From a virus (taxonomy: Duplodnaviria > Caudoviricetes), in IMG/VR virus record IMGVR_UViG_3300008459_000388, positions 1 to 24,192 of that record: 24,192 nucleotides of DNA; one strand, written 5' to 3'. Under the pieces are notes generated by a model. That model was given only the letters and a program-made list of their open reading frames with translations, was not told where the DNA came from and ran no database searches. A program made the position numbers and the translations under genes. This document shows, piece after piece, positions 7,355 through 14,800 of this stretch (position 1 is its first letter; the number at the start of each line of letters is the position of its first letter).

Positions 7355-7720
7355 ATGGCAAAGTACTGGAACGAACAAGGCGCCTACCAAGCGCTCGTAA
7401 CGCCCCTACAGGCGCTTATCCCTGCCATGGGTGAAATACCCCAAGGCAAAAAGCAAAACAAGCACCTAGAGCGTTTTCGCAAGGCGCAGAACTGCTACTA
7501 CGATCTGTACAACAACGGGCTGATCAACCGAGCCCGTGAGTTCAGCACCCTGTACAAGCTCCCCGGCATCCCGCGGGAGATCCGTGAGCGCAGGCACCTT
7601 GGCTCTATGCTCTCGGGATACACCGAGATCTGCGTTGACACTGCGATGGACGACTTCATCATCAAGGCTTACCAAGAACAAATGGCATTAGGGAAAGTCC
7701 CTACTGTTGAATCGTTTTAA
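7355..7720 (+). CDS. Hypothetical phage protein (YYDLYNNG motif)
   Basis: AAGGAG RBS before ATG 7355; 121 aa. Confidence 0.75.
   Translation: MAKYWNEQGAYQALVTPLQALIPAMGEIPQGKKQNKHLERFRKAQNCYYDLYNNGLINRAREFSTLYKLPGIPREIRERRHLGSMLSGYTEICVDTAMDDFIIKAYQEQMALGKVPTVESF
7689..7703. promoter_or_regulatory. Operator-like inverted repeat TAGGG-N5-CCCTA
   Basis: TAGGGAAAGTCCCTA with perfect arms, just upstream of a promoter cassette. Confidence 0.55.
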
Positions 7721-7764
7721 TTTCATGTTAAGATGCAATCACGCCAATAAGGCGGTTACTTGAA
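7713..7764 (+). promoter_or_regulatory. Promoter cassette: TTAA-N7-TTAA, extended -10, 5' hairpin
   Basis: CGTTTTAA-TTTCA-TGTTAAGAT-GCAATC-ACGCC-AATAA-GGCGG-TTACTTGAA. Confidence 0.7.
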
Positions 7765-7774
7765 GGAAATCAAA

Positions 7775-8155
7775 ATGAACAAATCTTACACAGCATATGT
7801 CGCATCTGATCTGTACAACGCAGGTTACGCTTGCGACGGTCGCCCTTTTATTGCCGATAGCTTTTATGTTGTTGTCGAGAACGAAGCTGGTCGTCGTTTC
7901 CGTCACGCTGTTACTTTTAACGGCACTCAGCAAGTTTTTTGCGAAGAGACGGGCGACGTTTGCTTCCCAGATCTTCGCGAAGAAGCTTCTGCTAAAGCAG
8001 AGCGTTTAGCCGCTCGTGTTAATGCCGCTCTTGCGTCTGGTAAAGCCTTAGCTCCTACATTTTGGGATGAAGTTGATCCAGTTTACGGCTCTGATGAGTA
8101 TGTAGCTCAAGGCACAGAAGCTAAGCGTGTTTTTGCTGAGAAGCAAGCAGGTTAA
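7775..8155 (+). CDS. Hypothetical protein
   Basis: AAGGA RBS, ATG 7775; 126 aa; DPVYGSDEY motif. Confidence 0.75.
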   Translation: MNKSYTAYVASDLYNAGYACDGRPFIADSFYVVVENEAGRRFRHAVTFNGTQQVFCEETGDVCFPDLREEASAKAERLAARVNAALASGKALAPTFWDEVDPVYGSDEYVAQGTEAKRVFAEKQAG

Positions 8156-8162
8156 TCAAAAC

Positions 8163-8180
8163 GGGGGGCTACGGCTCCCC
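8163..8180 (+). terminator. UACG hairpin (processing/stabilising stem or weak terminator)
   Basis: GGGGGGC-TACG-GCTCCCC just after the stop codon; no immediate U tract. Confidence 0.4.
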
Positions 8181-8209
8181 ATCAACCCACTTTACTTGAA
8201 AGAACCATC

Positions 8210-8398
8210 ATGACAAACGAAATCGAAACATCAATCAACACTGAGGCAGAAATTCGCGTCAGTGCCGACCAATACGACGAGGGCGTATGGCTGTGCCTGC
8301 AAGGTCGTCGCTCAATGATGAGCGTCCCACTGACTCGCGCCGAAGCCGAGCAACTGCTGGCTAACCTGCAACTTGTTCTTGCCAAAGAGGTGGCTTGA
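8210..8398 (+). CDS. Hypothetical protein
   Basis: 62 aa; leader nearly identical to that of the 7030 gene. Confidence 0.7.
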   Translation: MTNEIETSINTEAEIRVSADQYDEGVWLCLQGRRSMMSVPLTRAEAEQLLANLQLVLAKEVA

Positions 8399-8646
8399 TG
8401 TACGACACAACAACATGGAGCCGTGTGGTTCCAGCCAACAAGCCATGGATCTCCATGACGGAAGACCAGCTCTTGAACAACATGCAGAGGATCTGGGACA
8501 AGCCACAGAACTGCGCTGTGTCACACCTCAAGGCTGGCATCGCCCAGCTCCAAAGCAGAGGAATCCTGACCGCCGAAGAGGCGCAGGCTTGCCTCAAAGA
8601 AACCCTCAATATGAGAGCTAAGGCACAACGAAATGAGCGAAACTAA
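8398..8646 (+). CDS. Hypothetical protein
   Basis: GAGGT RBS; TGATG overlap. Confidence 0.65.
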   Translation: MYDTTTWSRVVPANKPWISMTEDQLLNNMQRIWDKPQNCAVSHLKAGIAQLQSRGILTAEEAQACLKETLNMRAKAQRNERN

Positions 8647-8812
8647 AATGAGCGATTACATCAAAGGGTTCAACGCAGGTGTTGACTGCGTTTTGACCGA
8701 AATCCAGCGCCTTGAGAAAATAGCCCCTATAAACCTCGAACAGCTCCTTAAGCACCTTGACCCTCAACGCGACCAGAAAACGGCTCCAAAGCCCGATAAA
8801 GGGGCTCCATGA
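8633..8812 (+). CDS. Hypothetical protein, 59 aa
   Basis: Manual translation MSETKMSDYIKGFNAGVDCVL...KGAP; stop overlaps the next ATG. Confidence 0.55.
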   Translation: MSETKMSDYIKGFNAGVDCVLTEIQRLEKIAPINLEQLLKHLDPQRDQKTAPKPDKGAP

Positions 8813-9060
8813 CCATGGCTGTGATCAAGAGCGTACGTGTTGCGCTCCGCGGAATACCTGATGGCATGACCTTAGAGGAGCTGTCAGACTTGTTGAGTAG
8901 ACCAAAGACCAACGTCAGGAAGGTGTTGAAGAACATGCCAGACGTGTACATTGACAGGTGGGAAGTAGCACCAAGAGGGCAATACAAAGCCGTCTGGTGT
9001 GCCGTTATCCCCCCAAATGATTGTCCAAGACCTAAAGGAATGAGCAATGAACGCGATTGA
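8809..9060 (+). CDS. Winged-helix DNA-binding protein
   Basis: PDGMTLEELSDLLSRPKTNVRKVL HTH; YIDRW...AVW wing. Confidence 0.65.
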   Translation: MTMAVIKSVRVALRGIPDGMTLEELSDLLSRPKTNVRKVLKNMPDVYIDRWEVAPRGQYKAVWCAVIPPNDCPRPKGMSNERD

Positions 9061-9196
9061 ATGGAAAAGCCTTACCGACGAAGAGATTCAGAAAGCTTTA
9101 GGCGTAACTGCTGAGAGCTCCAACTGGAACATGATCATGGTGCTCGAGTGGGCAAAGAAGATTGAAGCCGCACTGCTGGAGAAAAACAATGGATGA
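9047..9196 (+). CDS. Small protein, W..LTDEE family, 49 aa
   Basis: MNAIEWKSLTDEEIQKAL...IEAALLEKNNG; AAGGA RBS. Confidence 0.65.
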   Translation: MNAIEWKSLTDEEIQKALGVTAESSNWNMIMVLEWAKKIEAALLEKNNG

Positions 9197-9335
9197 CGAC
9201 GACGTACAGGATTACGTACGCCCTTGGAAGGGGTTGACGGATGAGGAGCTAACAGACTTGCTCTACAACACAAACCTTGGACAAGCGAGTGCAGTTCTGC
9301 AAGCGATTGCCTTGCTGAAGGAGCGCAACTCATGA
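9189..9335 (+). CDS. Small protein, W..LTDEE family, 48 aa
   Basis: MDDDDVQDYVRPWKGLTDEELTDLL...AIALLKERNS; GGAG RBS; ATGA overlap. Confidence 0.65.
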   Translation: MDDDDVQDYVRPWKGLTDEELTDLLYNTNLGQASAVLQAIALLKERNS

Positions 9336-9532
9336 GCGAAGCAGAACTGAACATTTGGGAGAAGGCGCTAGGCTGGCGCAAAAGGCAGATGATCCAACGC
9401 CAGCTTGACCCCATCACAAACAAGATCAGGAACGACACACTCGAAGAGATAGCGCTCGAGTTTGACAAAATGCGCAACGGTGGGGATACCACGGCAAGCT
9501 TCGCCGCCTACGTGCGAGGACTCAAGAAATGA
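9332..9532 (+). CDS. Hypothetical protein
   Basis: 66 aa; AAGGAG RBS; RNDTLEEIA.EF...DT.ASFA.YVR motif. Confidence 0.7.
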   Translation: MSEAELNIWEKALGWRKRQMIQRQLDPITNKIRNDTLEEIALEFDKMRNGGDTTASFAAYVRGLKK

Positions 9533-9741
9533 CCGAAGAGATCTGGGCGCCAGAGTGGATAGAACAAAACCCTGAGCTGGCAAACAAAGCCATCACAGAG
9601 CTACAGGTCAAGGTGCAGGAGCTTGAGTCAAAGCTTAAATACGCGACCGTAAAAGCCGCAAAACTGGAAAGCCTCAACAAAGAATACAAGCTCACCATCA
9701 AGGACATGGATAGAAGGATCATGAGGGGATTGAAGGACTGA
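9529..9741 (+). CDS. Coiled-coil hypothetical protein
   Basis: 70 aa; GAGGA RBS; ATGA overlap. Confidence 0.7.
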   Translation: MTEEIWAPEWIEQNPELANKAITELQVKVQELESKLKYATVKAAKLESLNKEYKLTIKDMDRRIMRGLKD

Positions 9742-9771
9742 TTGCATACAAACACAAAGATCCGTTAAACT
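9742..9771 (+). promoter_or_regulatory. Possible sigma70 promoter for the packaging genes
   Basis: TTGCAT-N18-TAAACT upstream of the terS RBS AAGGAG. Confidence 0.35.
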
Positions 9772-9789
9772 TTGCGTTAAAGGAGCTCA

Positions 9790-10353
9790 GTGATGGCAAA
9801 GAAACCAAAAGATCTTTCCAGCGACACAGTCGCCGATGTGACAGGTAAGCCGCAAACAAAGGAGAAGCCAACAATGGGTAGACCTTCCATCTACTCAGAT
9901 GCATTAGCTATCAAGATCTGTACAAGGCTAGGATTAGGGGAGAGTCTACGTAAGATCTGTAGAGACGATGACATGCCAAGCATGGCTTCAGTGATGACGT
10001 GGTTGTCCACCAAGGCTGACTTTCTTGAGCAATACACACGCGCTCGTGAAATTCAAGCTGAGACGCAGTTCGATGAAATGATTGACATTGTCGACCAACC
10101 GCCAGAGCTGAGCCACGTGACTGACAAGAACGGTGAGCTGGTCGAGGTCAAGTTCGACTCCTCTTACGTCCAGTGGATGAAGCTTCGGATTGACACTCGC
10201 AAGTGGACAGCGGCGCGCATGGCGCCTAAAAAGTACAACGAGCGTGTAATGCCTTCTGAGGAGCAGGATGACCGCAACATCATCGACGTAGACGTTAAGG
10301 CGAAGATGGATGTGGCGATCAAACGCTTAGAGCTTATTCGGATTGCTGAATGA
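9790..10353 (+). CDS. terS: Terminase small subunit (Sf6 gp1-like)
   Basis: GRPSIYS...IC.RL..GESLRKIC.DD.MP....V..WL and LRIDTRKW.AA.M.PKKY motifs; directly upstream of terL. Confidence 0.88.
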   Translation: MMAKKPKDLSSDTVADVTGKPQTKEKPTMGRPSIYSDALAIKICTRLGLGESLRKICRDDDMPSMASVMTWLSTKADFLEQYTRAREIQAETQFDEMIDIVDQPPELSHVTDKNGELVEVKFDSSYVQWMKLRIDTRKWTAARMAPKKYNERVMPSEEQDDRNIIDVDVKAKMDVAIKRLELIRIAE

Positions 10354-11786
10354 GCGCGGTCATAGAGCCAGAGATTCTGGAGATCCTGTCTGACAAGGAC
10401 AACCTGCGCAGGAGCGGCCCCTTCCACGGTTCAGCCTACGCCAAGCGCACGGAATGGCTCTCAGGCGCGTTTAATCATCAGAAGCTACCCCAAGGTACTT
10501 GGTGGAGTATCTGGCTCATGCTGGCTGGTCGTGGGGCAGGGAAAACCCGTACTGCGGCTGAACAGATCTGGTGGTGGGCGTGGGAGAACCCCAACACACG
10601 CTGGCTGGTTTCCGCCCCTACGTCTATGGACGTCCGCGGCACGTGCTTTGAGGGTGAGTCAGGACTCATGGCTGTGATCCCTTCGATCCTAATCAAAGAC
10701 TACAACAAAGCCCTGCACGAGATCGTCCTGATCAACGGTAGCCTGATCAAAGGCATCAGCGCCAGCGAGCCTGATCGCTTTCGTGGTGGTCAGTACCATG
10801 GCGCATGGCTAGATGAGCTTGCCGCTTGGGATTACCTCGATGAAGCTTGGTACAACATCCAGTTCGCCGTACGACTGAAAAAGGCAGACGGTCGCACCCA
10901 AATCATTGCCACGACCACCCCACGTCCCAAAGACCTCATTGTGGAGCTCGTAGGGCGTGAAGGAGACGACGTAGCCCTCACGACGGCATCTACCTACGTC
11001 AACCTCGAGAACCTGTCTGCAAGCTTTAAGAAGCAGATCCTGTCCTATGAGGGTACAAAGATTGGCAGGCAGGAGATCCACGCTGAGCTGATCGATGCTG
11101 AGGAATCAGGGATCGTTAAGCGCGACATGTTCAAGCTGTGGGCGCCTAACAAGCCGTTCCCCAAGTTCGAGTACATCCTGCAAAGCTACGACTGCGCCAG
11201 CTCGGAGAAGACTGTCAACGATCCGACAGCCTCCGTCACGTTCGGTGTGTTCAAGCCGCTGGACGGCCCTATGTCCGCGATGGTGATCGACTGCTGGCAA
11301 GACCGCCTGCAATACCCAGACCTACGCCCCAAGGTCATCGAGGAGTACGACGTGGTGTACGGCGAGGGCAAGGACAAGAAGCGCGTAGACCTGATCCTCG
11401 TGGAAGACAAGTCCGCAGGCATAGCTCTTATACAAGACTTGCAACGTGGGCACTTGCCAGTGAGGGCGTACAACCCCGGTCGGGCTGACAAGATCCAACG
11501 CCTTAACATTGTGTCCAACATCATCGCCGCAGGGCGTGTGTGGATCCCTGAGAGCAGTGTCAGGAAGGGCTACGTCAAGGACTGGGCTGAGGGCTTTGTG
11601 TCCCAGATCTGTAGCTTCCCTGACTCAACACACGACGACTTCGTGGACGCCTGCACCCAAGGCTTGCGGTTCCTACGTGATGCTGGTTGGCTGGACATCG
11701 ACGGAGCACCGCGGGACGACTACGACGAGGACGACTACTTGGACAGCGGTATGGCTAAGAAACGTGAGAACCCGTACTCAGCATGA
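10350..11786 (+). CDS. terL: Terminase large subunit
   Basis: Walker A AGRGAGKT, Walker B AWLDE, TTTP coupling motif, RNase H-type nuclease residues (SYD, VEDK, HDDFVDA). Confidence 0.95.
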   Translation: MSAVIEPEILEILSDKDNLRRSGPFHGSAYAKRTEWLSGAFNHQKLPQGTWWSIWLMLAGRGAGKTRTAAEQIWWWAWENPNTRWLVSAPTSMDVRGTCFEGESGLMAVIPSILIKDYNKALHEIVLINGSLIKGISASEPDRFRGGQYHGAWLDELAAWDYLDEAWYNIQFAVRLKKADGRTQIIATTTPRPKDLIVELVGREGDDVALTTASTYVNLENLSASFKKQILSYEGTKIGRQEIHAELIDAEESGIVKRDMFKLWAPNKPFPKFEYILQSYDCASSEKTVNDPTASVTFGVFKPLDGPMSAMVIDCWQDRLQYPDLRPKVIEEYDVVYGEGKDKKRVDLILVEDKSAGIALIQDLQRGHLPVRAYNPGRADKIQRLNIVSNIIAAGRVWIPESSVRKGYVKDWAEGFVSQICSFPDSTHDDFVDACTQGLRFLRDAGWLDIDGAPRDDYDEDDYLDSGMAKKRENPYSA

Positions 11787-11815
11787 TGGACGAATGGCTA
11801 CACCCAAGGTATCAT
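11787..11815 (+). promoter_or_regulatory. Possible sigma70 promoter for the large-protein genes
   Basis: TGGACG-N17-TATCAT; CCCAA/TTGGG inverted repeat brackets the -10. Confidence 0.45.
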
Positions 11816-11845
11816 TGGGCTAACAGCAACTCAGCGGGATAAGCC

Positions 11846-14800
11846 ATGGCTGACGAAAACAAACCAGCGTTTTACCCACGAGTTGGGAACATCAAGGCTA
11901 AGAACTTCAAGCCTGCTCAGCCGATGCCCTTCGTTGATGACGAGAGAGCGATGGACTTGCCACAGTACGGCGACGTTGACCTGAGCGTTCCATCCAAAGA
12001 GAACCTAGAGCTAAGCAGGCGCATGGCTGAACGCGACGCCCAACTCAGGCGCCAGCAACAGGCTGACAGATCCCCACTCGAGAAGCTGGCTGGTGGCGTA
12101 CAGGCTGGACGCTTCCTTGGCTCAGCTCTTACGCAGGGCATCAACTCAATCCCCACGCGCATGTTCAAAGGTGACGAGGCGGCTGACAAGTTCATGCAGG
12201 AACGCATCTACAAGCCTGAGCAACCCACGGCTTATGAGTACGCAGGTGACGTAGGCGACTTCCTCGAGAAGCTCGAGACCGAGTACAAGATCCCGCCAGT
12301 GCTACCCGAAGCGGTGGCGTTGCAGTTCCTGACAGGCCCAGCCACGTCCCAAGCCATGAGAACGGCAGGCAGGGGCGCAGAGCAGGTCGGTAGGAAGATT
12401 GAGAGCGCTATGGAGCCCGTCGTCAAGGGCGCCTTTGAACGTGGTGGCTTACCTCGTGAGATGGTCATGGCGATGGGTGCTAACACACAGTCCAACGTGG
12501 TCAAGCCCTACGGTGGCAATTGGCTGGGCGGTGGCGACAAAGATCAGATTAGAACTCCCGAAAGCGACCTTCGCAGGCTGAAGGTAGACACCATGATAGG
12601 TCGTGAAGGCGACACCGTTGAAGGCCTTATTACGCAAAAAGATGCTATCAATAAATGGATTGACAGTAACCTAAAGAACTACGTTAAGAAAGAAATGGGT
12701 ACACGTGACGACCCAATTCGTAAGCTGGCTGAAGAGGGCATCATCCACACCCCGCTTCGCAACGATTTAGACCGCATGGAATACTTGCAAGCCATTCGTA
12801 AAGCTGAAGGCTACCCTGCTGAGGGCATGGGCAAGTCTGATCTTGCTAAGCAGTGGGAGAACATATCCGATGATGCAATCAGGGTAACCAAGGCTGGAAA
12901 AATACAAGAAGCGGCAACTGTTAATGAAAGGCTTGATGAGGTCAGAGCTGAGATAGCCGATTATCAAAAACAAATTGATGACGACTTTATTAACTTTTTG
13001 AAAGGTAAAGGCGGTCTTGACATTAAAGACCGTGAAGTATTTGACAAGATGCCAAGCTTTCAAAAGGCAGAGATTTTGGGTGACACAAAGTTAAAAGATC
13101 TGCATCACAAGTCTTATGAATTGATGGCAAGAATACACGGCTTCGAGAAGCGAGCTGGTGAGATCAATCCGTTTGTTGCCAAGCTTGACCCAGAGACAAA
13201 ACTGTACTCAGGCGGAACTTATGACTTGGGGTTTGATCACGTTGTTGACGTGTTGAAAGAAGACCTAGCCACTGGTCGCATTCGCCCTGAGCAACTGAAC
13301 AAGGTCAGCATGGAGCAGGCAGTACGCCGCACTTATGAGTACGACCAAGAGCTTGCCAAAAAAATGAACGAGGCTCGTATGACGTCTCGTGCTGAGTTGC
13401 CTGTCTACAAAGAATACCCAGAAGGTCTGAAGTGGGTGGAGCTGAATCGACCCGGCGACTTTGCCGCGGAGTCAGACGCCATGGGTCACTCAGTCCGTGG
13501 TTACGAGCCACCAGAAGGCAGTTCCGATTGGACTAAGAGTTCAGGTGATAGTGGTTACTCTGGCTACGGGCTTGGTGGATGGAATGCCATCAAGAGAGGC
13601 GATGCCAAGGTTTACTCGTTAGTTGACGCTAAAGGCGAACCTCACGTTACGGTTGAAGTAGGTGCATTCAAAGGTCAATTGCGCAACGAAGATTTGTTGC
13701 CGTACAAAGAGGCGGCGTTAGAGGAAGCTAAGAAACTGCCAAACGGCTACACAGACTATGATGTCAGGGACATCGAGATCCGTATGGCAAAAGAAAACAT
13801 GCCTGCGTTTATCAATCAAATTAAAGGTAAGCAGAACGCCAAGCCCAAAGAAGAATACCTGCCATTCGTGCAAGACTTTGTACGTGGTGGCAATTGGTCT
13901 GACGTCCGCGACTTCAACAACACCAACTTGATCTCGGCAGATCAGATTAGAAAAGCTGGTTGGGACATGAAAGGTAATAAACAAAAGTACTTTACTTGGC
14001 AAGAGTTCGAAGACCTGAAAAACGCTGAGCAAAAGCGAGTAGAAGGCGGTGGCATGAAGGCAGGCGGTAAGGTGTCCATCTCCAACAACCCTGACACCAT
14101 GATGCTCGAGGTGAACAACCAGAAGATGAAGAACGGCGTCCCTGCTTATGCAGGTGGCAAGCTCATAGTCGGAAAGGGATTGAAGGCGGCTAAGCCTCCA
14201 AAGATTGAAGTGCCGAGGCTATCCATGCAGTTTGGCAACGACCTGCCTATCAACATGAACACCGCTGAAGTCGAGAACTTGGCAAGGCGCTTCCCTGAGC
14301 CTACGGTTGATCGTGTGAACATGGCGCACAAAGACGTGCTCAAGCGCACACCAGAGCTTCAGGAAGCCGCCGCACGTATTGAGGCTGGTGATATATCAGC
14401 CGATGAGTATGCGCGCCTTGTACAGCGTTATAAGCCCGTTACGCCCTATGAGTCAGTCCCAGCGCCAGCCAGCCGTGAGGAGATTCTTGCCGCTCTGTCT
14501 AAGACCAGCCGTGAAGCTGAGGGTCTGCCACGCAAGGAGACGTACTTCGGCAAGCCATCCTCGACACTGAAGGAAGGCGACCCTGTTGGTCTGCGCTTAG
14601 ACATTCCGTCCTACAACCAAGCGAACACTTGGGTCGTTACGGCGCACGGCCCCCGCAAGAGCCCAGTCTCTGGTGGTGCAGGCACACGCATTGGTTACGA
14701 GCCTGTTGCCATGGCGACCGACGTTGACTTCAGCGTTAGCCCCAAGGCGGCTCTAGGTATTGCCAAGGGCGCTGAGAAGAACACCATCGCCACCATGGAA

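Noticed and set aside
6592-8212. CRISPR-like mini-array from the repeated elements
   Set aside because: The repeats are degenerate and separated by whole genes, not by 30-40 nt spacers.
10350-11786. Intein or intron in terL or portal
   Set aside because: TerL is a normal length with contiguous motifs; no intein splice motifs or frame breaks in either gene.
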